The notes under the pieces were generated by a model. The model did not search any database, was not told the origin of the DNA, and saw only the letters and a list, made by a program, of their open reading frames with translations. From contig CAWALK010000018.1 of assembly GCA_963782915.1 (NCBI GenBank), forward strand, positions 32,001-96,000: a stretch of 64,000 bases of DNA, read 5' to 3'. Below are positions 54,645-64,000 of this stretch, piece after piece. This DNA comes from an uncultured archaeon. Lineage in GTDB: Archaea > Thermoproteota > Bathyarchaeia > Bathyarchaeales > Bathycorpusculaceae. Positions within the stretch are counted from its first letter, which is position 1. Each line of letters opens with the position of its first letter. Position numbers and translations under genes: made by a program.

Positions 54645-55814
54645 TTAAATCAGGTTTTTTTCCCGCAGAACACTCTCGCTTAGCATCGCACGGGATTCCG
54701 CCGCAGGCTTCCAAAACGTAAAGTTGCGCTTAGTCAAAAACGATGACAACGCCAAGAGCAAAATCAAGTTATTCTGCACTAATTCAAAAGCCATCACACG
54801 CGTCCGCCCAACCAGCAACGCACCGCCAATCAGAACCGCCAAAACCACAGCAAGCAATGGATAAACAACCATAACTGCCACCGATAGCACAGCCAACGCA
54901 ACCATCAAAACAGGATTAAAAATATGCAAAATTATCTCTGGAACCGCAATCCGCTTGGGCATAGACAACTTTCCATGTGCCAAAAGGTTGAGGCATCTTG
55001 CCCAGAGATGCTGCAGGTGGCCTGCACGGCGGATTTTGATGTTGACTTTGCTTTTCCAAGTTGTTGGGCTACTTGTGAAGAACCCGATTTCGGGGATTAA
55101 TAGTGCTCGTCGGTTGGTTTGGACGATGTCAAGGGCTGTTCCTGAATCGTCGGTTGCATGATTAAACTCGGATATGACGCTGCGTTTGTATGCTGCGAAG
55201 CCGCCTTGGAAAAAGATGGTTGAATGCAGCTTCGATTCGCCGATGCGGACTGATTGGATGTTGCTGTCGTAGAATTGTTCGCCCAATGTAACCCAACTGT
55301 CTGCTGGGTTGAGGAGCAGTTCCCGTGCGGTTATCGCGCCAACCGTGGGATCCGACAGATACGACAATGCTTTGGTGAGTATGTCGTTTGGCCAGAAGCA
55401 ATCCACATCAGAAATTATGACAACGTCGGCTTGGAGGGTTTTTAGGACGTTGTTTAAGCAACCGGTTTTGCCCAGATGCACTTTACTGTCGAATACACTG
55501 ATTTTTTGCTCTGGATGAGCGGCAATGTAGTTGCTTACTTCGTTTAAGGTGTTGTCTGTTGAGCAGTCGTTGGCGATGATTATTTCCATTTTGTCGGATG
55601 GATAGGTGACTTTGGCGATGTTTTCAAGTTTTAGTCGGACTAATTTTTCTTCGTTATGGACTGGTATTAGGATTGCTGTTGAAGGTGAATAGTCGCTGTC
55701 TAAATTGAGGTTCCAGACATTGGAGGAGCGCTTTTTCATGTATAGGAAGTAGATGGCGGGAACACCGAAAAATAGGGCTCCGACACTAAGCCAAGCAGCT
55801 AAAAGCCAAATCAA
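54645..55814 (-). CDS. Membrane-anchored GT2 glycosyltransferase (processive-synthase-like topology)
   Basis: N-term TM, PVHNEE, DCSTD, GKTGCLN, SDVD, TDD, KIRRA, C-terminal TMs. Confidence 0.87.
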   Translation of the reverse strand: MIWLLAAWLSVGALFFGVPAIYFLYMKKRSSNVWNLNLDSDYSPSTAILIPVHNEEKLVRLKLENIAKVTYPSDKMEIIIANDCSTDNTLNEVSNYIAAHPEQKISVFDSKVHLGKTGCLNNVLKTLQADVVIISDVDCFWPNDILTKALSYLSDPTVGAITARELLLNPADSWVTLGEQFYDSNIQSVRIGESKLHSTIFFQGGFAAYKRSVISEFNHATDDSGTALDIVQTNRRALLIPEIGFFTSSPTTWKSKVNIKIRRAGHLQHLWARCLNLLAHGKLSMPKRIAVPEIILHIFNPVLMVALAVLSVAVMVVYPLLAVVLAVLIGGALLVGRTRVMAFELVQNNLILLLALSSFLTKRNFTFWKPAAESRAMLSESVLREKNLI

Positions 55815-55857
55815 ACAATTCCTCGCCTAACAAACAAACCAAAAATAATTCTAACTG

Positions 55858-56766
55858 TTACTTGCCGTTGGCAAAAACTTTGAAGGTTTCAGTTGCCTGA
55901 TGCTCCTTAGAAACACCAATAACCAACCCGCTGATACCATCTAAATTCGCCAAATAACCAAAGGCTTCTGCAGGCTTCAAGTACCCAGCCGCCAAAACAC
56001 TCATAGCGATAACTTCCGCATCTTTAGCTCGTTCCAGAGCCTCTTCACATTCCTGCTGAGAAGGGCACATTTGGAAACCAACCTTGTTAAAAGAAGAAGT
56101 CAAAGTTAATTTGCTAAAGTCAATACCCCATTCGCTAAACTTGTTAACGAGGTAGGGGAAATTGCGGGTTTCAAAGCCAGCTCGGACCTTCTTGTTTTCT
56201 AAGAAGCGGATGTATGATTTACAGAGGTCCTCCATGTTTAGCGCTAAAGCCATGTCAGTGACTATTTCATGAAGCATAAACGATTCAAGATGCATGTTGC
56301 TGCCTGCAGCGGATTTTATGCGTGAGAGCTCGTAAGCGACATACGCTTTCACAAGCGCTGACAAATTAAACCGTGCAAGACCACCCAGATTGGCAGCGAT
56401 GACTTTTATGTTTGAAGAAAAGATCATTTCTTTAGCCAAATTCGTCGCTAAACCCGAGACGCCGCCAGTTTGCGTGGATTTGCGCACATACTCATAAGCG
56501 TAAGGTGCAATCGCATACAACCGCACTTTTTCGCCCTTGTTGTTTTCGCTTAGGCTTTTGACGATTGATAGCATTGCTTCATCGACTGAAAACATGAAGC
56601 CGTCCGCACCATTCTCTAAGCTAAGCTGCACAAGATTCGCTGCTCGCAGAGTGCAACTTTGAGCTTGTCCCTCAGTTCGGGCACGTGCTCGTTCCTGAGA
56701 AAGATGGCTAATGCCGTGGAAGGGGTTGTCGCCGACTAGTAGGTTTAGTTGTTTGCTCATTTGCAT
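55858..56766 (-). CDS. Conserved hypothetical protein (possibly TIM-barrel/aldo-keto-reductase-like)
   Basis: LLVGDNPFHGISH, NKVGFQM, IAMSVLAAG. Confidence 0.7.
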   Translation of the reverse strand: MQMSKQLNLLVGDNPFHGISHLSQERARARTEGQAQSCTLRAANLVQLSLENGADGFMFSVDEAMLSIVKSLSENNKGEKVRLYAIAPYAYEYVRKSTQTGGVSGLATNLAKEMIFSSNIKVIAANLGGLARFNLSALVKAYVAYELSRIKSAAGSNMHLESFMLHEIVTDMALALNMEDLCKSYIRFLENKKVRAGFETRNFPYLVNKFSEWGIDFSKLTLTSSFNKVGFQMCPSQQECEEALERAKDAEVIAMSVLAAGYLKPAEAFGYLANLDGISGLVIGVSKEHQATETFKVFANGK

Positions 56767-57753
56767 AGTCGCCTCACTTGGTCAAGTAAGAAGTCAACTT
56801 TGAGTGCGCTTTTGAAGTCTGATTTTGTAGGTGTTCCAGCGGTTATGGAGTCTAAGAAGTGTTTGTCTTCGCGGTAATATTCTGGATCCGCCAAGCAGGT
56901 AACCGACGTTGTCATCCAGGTTGGGTCGGTACCATCTTTTGGGTTGGGCATCTTTGAGTTCCAATTTGACTTCATCATCGTTAATGCTCAAGCTGCCCTT
57001 TGTACCATGAATAGAGATTCCGAATTCTGGCATGCGGTACTCCTTTTTACGCCAGGAAACTTCAAATTTGCCCACAAGACCGCCTGAACCCTCAACTCCA
57101 AAGCTAACATCATCCTCGGAGGTTGGGGCAATCCTTGAATTAACGGTCGCAGCTGTCGGCTTCAAGTCGCCCAAGAGCCAAACCGACAAATCCACCACAT
57201 GCGAACCCAAATCTTCCAAAACACCGCCTCGAGCCATAGAAATCGTTGAGCCTTCTGGAACTTCAGCGAAATCAGAAGAAAACGCATAAGCATCAAAAGA
57301 CGTTAAATCGCCCAAGACTTGTTGGTTTAGCAGTGTTTTGGCTTGGTTGAAGGTGACTGCGAAGCGTTTCATGTAGCCAACCATGTTGACGCCGCCCTGC
57401 TGTTCTGATAGTGTGTGGAGTTCTTCGGATCGGCTGTAGCTTGAGGTTAAGGTTTTTTCTACGAAGACGTTTTTGGCTAATTTTTGGGTATAGATTTGTT
57501 TGATTATTGGGTAATGGCTGGGTATTGGTGTTAATACGTATATTGCGTCGAGGTTTTGGTCGGCGAATTTTTCGAGGTTGTCGGTTACTAAGGCGTTTTT
57601 GAAGGGTTGCTTTGCGATTGTTCGGATCAGGCGGCTTTTGTCACATAAAGCTGTGACATCTACGTTTGGGAAGGTGCTTAGGAGGCATGCATGCATGATG
57701 CCCATTTTGCCTAGGCCGACGACGCCGACTTTCAGTTTAGGATTGGTTGCCAT
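56757..57753 (-). CDS. Gfo/Idh/MocA oxidoreductase (frameshifted near 3' end)
   Basis: GVVGLGKMG, VFVEKT, GGVLEDLGSH. Confidence 0.88.
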
Positions 57754-57839
57754 TTAGTCTGGTCGCTCCAAAAAAATAATTCAGAGAATAATCTGGATAC
57801 AAAAAATAATTTATTATGCAAAGATGAAAAAAGGAAAAA

Positions 57840-58536
57840 TTAGAAACTAAAGCTCTCAGCGAAAATCCGCTTCATAATCCCCAAGCCATGACGAAGCTTA
57901 AGCTTCTTCTCACCCATCCGCGATGCGATAATCGATCGGAATCTCAACGATGCGGTAGCCCCTACGTTCGACAATCGCATTCATTTCCGCTTCAACATCG
58001 AAGCCTTTGCTTTTTGGTTTCCAACCCTCTAAAGCTTCGCTTCGCACAACACGCAAACCAGACAATGGATCCTCAAGTTTAACTCCATTCATGACTAACT
58101 GTGCAATCGCTAACAATCTGTTCCCCAAATAGAATGGATTTGTTATGGATTTTGAGGTGTTATATTGGCCTTTGAAGCGGTTACCGATAACCATGCCTAC
58201 TTTGGGGTTCTGTTCTAAAACATCAACCATCTTTGGGATGTACTCGGCGGGATAAGTGTAATCGGCGTCTGTGAAGACGATATAGGGGACTTTGGAAGTG
58301 AGTCCTCTCATGCCTTGGAACATGGCGTCTCCTTTGCCTTTGCCCTCTTGGAGCATAACGTCTGCACCCATGTTTTTTGCTATCTCAATTGTTCGATCAA
58401 CGCTATTGCCGTCGACAACGACCATGTAGGGGTTGTTTAGAACCTTCTGCATTTCACCTAAGGTGGGCCCTATCCCTTCCTCCTCATTGAGAGTTGCAAT
58501 AATCACTGATATACTGGAGTTTAACTGTTCGATCAT
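57840..58536 (-). CDS. Polyprenol-phosphate glycosyltransferase-like GT2 (DPM1-like), frameshift at 3' end
   Basis: TLNEEEGI, VDGNSVD, GKGKG, TDADYTYP, GFDVEAE, EKKLK in the alternate frame. Confidence 0.88.
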
Positions 58537-58684
58537 AAAAAAATCCTCGAAAAAACTTGAAGACGGCTCAAGAGTAATTGCGGGGAAACAAACTCTTAAA
58601 GCCGTAGGGATGAAACATCCCTAACAAAACAGAATTGTTCTATATTATTCCTAAAAAGTTCTAACACAAAAAAAGCGTAACTGG

Positions 58685-59805
58685 TTAAACAAGAGATTTA
58701 ACGCTGTCAAGCACAAAATCAACGTCTTCATCAGATAGACCAACATGCATGGGCAAAGTTATCGTTCTAGCCAAAACCTGCTCCGCAACTTTCAAGTCAG
58801 CATATGTGAATGCACCGAGTTTCTTGTAGACCCCTTGCATATGGCAGGGTGGATAGAAAATGTTGCCTGTTTCGACACCAAAGTCTTCGAAGAGGTGCTT
58901 TGTGAATGCGGCTTTATCGATTTTGGCATCCAAAATTAAGGGGTACTTGTAGTAGCTGCTTCTGAATCCCGCTGGGAGATTTAATTGTGGAAAACGCATC
59001 GGACTCAGCTAATGCGGAATCGTACTTTTGGGCGATTGCATTACGTCTATCAATGAACTCGTCAAGCCTCTGCAACTGATAAATGCCCAAAACCGCCGAA
59101 ACTTCTGGAAGCACCATATGCCGACCTAAATCGACAAAATTGGTTTTGCCACCACCTGAACCATAGAAACTAAACCTTTTGGCAAACTCGCATAACTCGG
59201 CATTGTTGGAAACGAGCATTCCGCCTTCGCCAGTAGTCATAACCTTCGTCGGAGTGAAAGCAAAAACCGCTGCGTCACCGAAGCTTCCAGCTTTTTGCCC
59301 GTTAACGGTGGCTCCGATGGCGTGTGTTGCGTCTTCAAGTAAAAACAAGCCATGTTCTTTGCAGATTGACTTGATTTCTTCGATGTTTGGGTTTGGAAAA
59401 CCAGAGATATGAGTTACTATTACGCCGCTTGTTTTAGGGGAAAGATTCCTGCCTTAAACTCTCAGGGTCCATAGAGAGGGTATCTGCATGTATGTCGGCG
59501 AAAACAACTTTTCCGCCTACTGCGACGACGCTGTTGGGAACAGAGACGAAACTGTTAGTGCAGACTACAACTTCTCCGCCTGCAACACCGAAATAGTGCA
59601 GCGCAGTCTCATACGCGCTTGAATCAGAATCAAACGCCACCGCGCCAGCGACGCCAACGTATTTGGCGACCATTTCCTCGAATAGTTTTACTTTTTTGCC
59701 GTTGCGGAATTGGCCTTCTTCTAGGACTTTGGCGATGTCTTGTAGGATAGGGTTTATGTCTTCTTTTGGGAAGACTGGTTTGGATGATCGAATAAGAGTT
59801 GGCAT
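58685..59805 (-). CDS. DegT/DnrJ/EryC1/StrS sugar aminotransferase (frameshifted)
   Basis: EDATHAIG, FTPTKVMTTGEGG, TLPMH. Confidence 0.88.
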
Positions 59806-59818
59806 GTTTAGTCACTAT

Positions 59819-60376
59819 TTAAAAGTCGTATTGTACGGTGAATAGATGGAACTTTTCATCTAAGATTGCATGGATGATTCGCCATGATTCAAGCCGGTAG
59901 AGCCGATGGAAGATGAAGCCGAATCGGAAGGGTGGTAAGGCGCCGTTTTTGAGGGGTTTAACAAAGAGTTTATCGTCACTTTTGGAAACAACCCAACTAT
60001 GCACATCTTCGCCATATAGGAACTCGTTAAACCATGATGGACTTTGAACGTAACCATGTTTGGAGACACGTTTTAGTTCCCTAATCAAATTTCCAGGGTC
60101 GTCTAGATGCTCAATCAAATAGTAGCTTGTGACAAAATCGAACGCTTTTTCTTTGAAGGGCAAAGCATAGCAGCTGCATAGAACAAAGGGTTTGCCGCTG
60201 GTTACGAGTTTTTTCATGCTTCGGTCTGGAACAGGCTCAACATGCAAATCGCATAGAACATTAGCTTTTGGGAAGGGTTTTGCTCCACATGCAATGTCCA
60301 AACAGAGCAGATCGCCGTCAGTTTTTTGGCGTTCAACTTCATGGTACTTCTTTTTGCCGATATTTGAAGCGATCAA
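59819..60376 (-). CDS. Class I SAM methyltransferase-like protein
   Basis: LDIACG, LPFKEKAFD, IEHLDDP..ELKRV. Confidence 0.8.
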   Translation of the reverse strand: MIASNIGKKKYHEVERQKTDGDLLCLDIACGAKPFPKANVLCDLHVEPVPDRSMKKLVTSGKPFVLCSCYALPFKEKAFDFVTSYYLIEHLDDPGNLIRELKRVSKHGYVQSPSWFNEFLYGEDVHSWVVSKSDDKLFVKPLKNGALPPFRFGFIFHRLYRLESWRIIHAILDEKFHLFTVQYDF

Positions 60377-60457
60377 GTTCAGATTTACGGATTGGAAAAC
60401 GCTCAGCTAACACAGAACATTCTGGGCTGCCAACTTTTGGTTGCATAAAAAACGCTC

Positions 60458-61592
60458 TTAAAATGCGGATTTAACTGCATTTATGGACAACTCAAGAGAC
60501 TCACCGATATATTTTATATTTTCGTTAGTTAGCCCAACGTGCATCGGCAGGCATAGCACTTGTTTGAGTACACGTTCAGAGTTGGGTAAATCGCCTTCTT
60601 TTGTTCCAAACGTTTCTTTGTAGTAGGGTTGCATGTGGCAGGGTGGATAGTAAACGTGGCCAGTTTCGATGGCATATTTCTCTTTCATTAATGCAGCGAT
60701 TTTTGGTCTGTCGATTCCATCAGCGAGTTTTAGTGGATACTTGTAGTAGCTATGCCGCGAGTTTGATGCAACCTTGAAAAGTTCAATGCCTTTGATTCCT
60801 GAGAGGGTTTCTTCATACCATTGGGCGACTCTGATTGCGTTTAGCAAGAAATTCCTCTAGATGCTCAAGCTGGTTTATCCCAACTATAGCGTTCAACTCG
60901 TTTAGTCGCCAGTTATGACCCAACATAACCACATCGCGGTGAGCATTCTGTCCGCAAGTGCGCAGGACTCGGGCTTCATCCGCGAGTGCTTCATTGTTAG
61001 TGATTATCATTCCGCCTTCGCCGCTTGTCATAACTTTGGTTGGATAGAAAGAGAAGCATCCGACATCGCCGAAGGTTCCAGCTTTTTGCCCATCAAGCAT
61101 TGCTCCATGGGCATGCGCACTGTCTTCCATTAAGAAAAGTCCTTTTTGTTCGCAGAATTCTTTGAGTTCATTGATTTGTGGACAAAGCAAACCAGCAATA
61201 TGCACCACAATCACACCGGCGGTTTTCTCAGTAACCTTACTTTTAACATCGTCCACATCGATGCCTAAAGTGTCAGGGTTCATATCAGCGAAAACAGGTT
61301 TGCCGCCAGCAAAGATAACAGAGTTGGGTGTCGAAACAAACGTGTTCGTGGGTACAATGACTTCTTTGCCCCCAAGCTTATAGTACCGTAGTGCAACATC
61401 GAGGGCTGCGGTGCCAGAATTTACTGCAACAGCATACTTGACGTTGTTGTATTCAGCGAATTTTTTCTCAAACTCTTGAGCGTAAGGTCCATCGGTTAAT
61501 CTTCCGCTTTTTAGCATCAAACGTATTTGGTTTGTTATTGCGTTTAGGCTATCTTCGGAAAAATAGGGGAAAGAACCAGAAATATTACTCAT
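60458..61592 (-). CDS. DegT family sugar aminotransferase (frameshifted)
   Basis: NSGTAAL, EDSAHAHG, SFYPTKVMTSGEGG, LCLPMH. Confidence 0.9.
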
Positions 61593-61617
61593 TTTAAATT
61601 ACTCCATTTTTTATTGG

Positions 61618-62286
61618 TTACCATGATTTTGCGCCTGTACAGAAAAGATAATCCACCACTGAGAGGTTGGGAACAAACTCGCCGCTGCTTTGCGGGTAGA
61701 TTGGATGAGAAAAATCTTGAAACTTAAGCGCTATGCCTTGTTGCTCAAAAAGTTCTTTTTCGATGTAGCCTTTGCAGCCGTTGCCTGCAAGCTGTACATC
61801 AGCGCCGACTTCTTTGCATTGAGCCACGATTAACTCGGTTTTTTTGCCCTGTGCATGCAACGAAGAACTCAGAACCAATGGTTTATCGATTTTGAGAAAA
61901 CCCATGATTCCCTTAATGAGATGCATGTTTAGGTCCATCAGCAGGTCCCATTCGCGTTCATAGGTTTCTTCAAAGAAATCTGAGAACTCATTCCAGTAAG
62001 GCGCTTTGCAGTAGCCATGCTTTAGGGTTAGCCAGTGTTTGCGTCCCCAGTTGGGTTCGCCTTTATTGGCAATCTTGACTTCGTTGATAAGTAAGGGTTT
62101 ATTCGCATGCTCTATGGGAACACTTAACCATCTTACGCCATCAGAGGTGAGGATTCGGTTTCTGTTAGTGAATCCTTGCCGTTCAAATTGCACGTTGTCT
62201 TCTATTATGAAGATGTCTACTCGGCGCATCTTATCGAAGAAACCCAGCTATGGCAGATAGTTGGGTTGATGGCCAGCTACAATCAT
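61618..62286 (-). CDS. wbqC: WbqC family protein, with in-frame TAG at codon 13
   Basis: MIVAGHQPNYLP*LGFFDKM, NRNRI, WLSVP, YCKAPYW, NLSVVDYLF. Confidence 0.85.
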
Positions 62287-62301
62287 TTCTATATCGCCAG
62301 G

Positions 62302-62931
62302 TTATGGGATGCTTGTTTTTTCAACGTATCGAACGACTTCGAAAGCTTCTGCTGCTGGGAGACTGACTTGGCTGCCTCTAAAAGAGGCTAAATTAACCAT
62401 TGACTCGTAGGTGATGTAACGTTTTGTTTTCTGTGAAAAATGGCATTTTAATGCGGTCCATTTATCGTTTACACAGTTAGTTATATCAACAAAGTAAGTG
62501 GGAGAAAAATCAGCTGTAACCCGAGGAGTTTCAAAAGCTAAAACTTGGGGTGCATTTCTGAATGCAGACATTGAAATCCAGCCTACTTGGCGATGATCCT
62601 GATGGATATCGTTCACTGTATGGGTGAGTACGGTTTCGGGTTTGTTTGCGACGTAGAAGGCTTCTAGGAAATCTATAGCTTGCCGTGAACAGGGAATCTC
62701 TGTGTCTGGGAAATCGCCGAAGTAAACCTCTTTTACGCCAAGGTAAGAGAGGGCTTCGATGCTTTCTTTGGGTCGTACTTCGGGGTTGCCGCTGTGTTCA
62801 CCTTTAGACATGAAGACAGCTATGACTTTTTTTCCGAGTTTGGATGCTGCACGGATGGTTCCACCGCAGCCTAATTCGATGTCGTCTGGGTGTGCACCCA
62901 CTGCTAAAATAGTGTTGGATTTTAGAACCAA
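62302..62931 (-). CDS. PIG-L/LmbE family deacetylase
   Basis: GAHPDDIELGCGG, HQDH, HFSQ, AEAF; GGAGG RBS before a TTG start at 62931. Confidence 0.87.
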   Translation of the reverse strand: MVLKSNTILAVGAHPDDIELGCGGTIRAASKLGKKVIAVFMSKGEHSGNPEVRPKESIEALSYLGVKEVYFGDFPDTEIPCSRQAIDFLEAFYVANKPETVLTHTVNDIHQDHRQVGWISMSAFRNAPQVLAFETPRVTADFSPTYFVDITNCVNDKWTALKCHFSQKTKRYITYESMVNLASFRGSQVSLPAAEAFEVVRYVEKTSIP

Positions 62932-62959
62932 ATTTTTGTCCTCCAAAATAAAAAAAGCA

Positions 62960-63624
62960 GTTACTGTTACTACGGTCATGTTGAGCCACAAATCGAGGTA
63001 ACGTTCATGGTACTGGAAACTGTTGGTTGAATCGTTATAAAGCCAAAGTTCAAAGATTAAGTCGCCATAGAAGCCTGCTTTGGCTGTATCCCAGTTTATG
63101 CTTGTATAACTAATGTCTGTGGCTTTGCCGTTTATGGTTATGCTTTCCATGTTTAACTGGGTAGAAACATCCGCATTGACGTTATACTTGAAAGAAATAT
63201 CCACGGGTAATTCTTCTGTGGCGTTTTGGGCAACTAATACCGTTAAGCTACCCAAAGAAGGCAAAGTGCTACTTGTGTGATTGAAACTGTTAGGTGTATA
63301 TTGGGTTTGGTTGGCGAATTTTACGTCAATCCTATAGTTTGCCGTGGACCCTAAATGGTTAGCTAAATTGAGGTATAGGCGGATGTTTTCGTCTGCGGTG
63401 ACGTTTGAGGGGTAAGCAGCGTCGTGGTTTGGCCCAAAAAGCCAAAATTCAGTTAAAGGGTTGGTTTGTGGATAAACAAGCAGTTGCTGAAGTGTTGGGG
63501 AAGCAACCAAAAGCGAAACCGCTATGCACAGAACAATTATGAGTGTCTTATACTGTTTCAGACCCAAAGTTGCTTCTCCTTTCGCATTTATTGAGAACAA
63601 ACTAAGCAGCGATTCCTGCCTCAT
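62960..63624 (-). CDS. DUF1616 family protein
   Basis: TM, TEFWLFGP..YPSNV, LANHLG, LIFELW..LWLNMT. Confidence 0.78.
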
Positions 63625-63822
63625 TTTGCGTAACCATTAAGGATTCAACGTTTGCCCCTTGGGTTCCGCTTACTAAACAGACTGATAAGCGTCTTTAAGC
63701 GTATTTTTTGCTAAATTAATAGCTGATCCTGCATCTTGGCATACCGCTAAGGGTAAAGCAAACAGAGAGATGCATAGAAAAACAGTAACTAATGCGCTGA
63801 TACGTATTTGCGCTTTAGTCAA
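63600..63822 (-). pseudogene. Truncated or mis-sequenced secreted helical protein
   Basis: Signal-like MTKAQIRISALVTVFLCISLFALPLA then stops and frame breaks. Confidence 0.35.
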
Positions 63823-63832
63823 AAGTTAAGCC

Positions 63833-64000
63833 TCAAACCAATTTTTCAAATTGGTCAGGAAAAGTCAGTGGCCGTGAAGGGCAGAGATTTTCGAGTACTT
63901 TACGTTTGGTGGAGAAATCGTTTAGGCGCTTCTCCATGCTTTTGCTGCATCTTGCGTATTCTTTGTAGGCATCTAGGTATTCGTGGCCTTTGCCAGTCAA
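63833..64000 (-). CDS. Winged-helix regulator, C-terminal part (start outside the window)
   Basis: LTGKGHEYLDAYKEY matches the wing-end xTxKGxxxL pattern. Confidence 0.6.
   Translation of the reverse strand: MTGKGHEYLDAYKEYARCSKSMEKRLNDFSTKRKVLENLCPSRPLTFPDQFEKLV

Noticed and set aside
1456-61592. Many split genes suggesting programmed frameshifting or mass pseudogenisation
   Set aside because: Single-base indels hit all gene classes including hdrA, nre and transporters, with no shared slippery motif; best explained by uncorrected long-read errors
62302-63624. DUF1616-PIG-L deacetylase fusion shown in the ORF track
   Set aside because: The linker DNA holds a T-rich tract, a GGAGG RBS and a TTG start right after the natural DUF1616 end (LWLNMT); most likely two genes with a lost stop
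1-64000. CRISPR array or cas genes
   Set aside because: No regularly spaced direct repeats or cas motifs seen

Overview
Archaeal chromosomal DNA, most consistent with Bathyarchaeia (Nre repair protein, HdrA-MvhD fusion, DUF1616/DUF2206 glycan locus, PEF-CTERM-like sorting tail). Many ordinary genes are broken by single-base indels, typical of an unpolished long-read assembly. Three blocks: (1) 1-~10140 is the right part of an integrated element ending in a degenerate tRNA-Arg 3' fragment (att), with a tyrosine integrase, a Zn-finger/P-loop replication protein, a wHTH regulator next to three palindromic operators, and cargo (HAD hydrolase, dTMP kinase, Zn-ribbon/Mrr-type nuclease). (2) ~10200-29200 is housekeeping and accessory genes: SPFH, NUDIX, metal ABC transporter, Nre, tRNA-Asp, HdrA-MvhD plus polyferredoxin, and a secreted protein carrying the motifs of a Cys-Gln thioester domain (TED) with an archaeal sorting tail. 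(3) ~29400-64000 is a ~35 kb surface-glycan/EPS locus containing a divergent GH5 hydrolase and a large double Asp-box propeller protein. A G-rich ~40-60 bp intergenic repeat recurs across the window. Best novelty candidates: the archaeal thioester adhesin, the dispersed repeat, the element cargo cassette, and the EPS locus with embedded hydrolases. All calls are from motif reading; no database searches were run.
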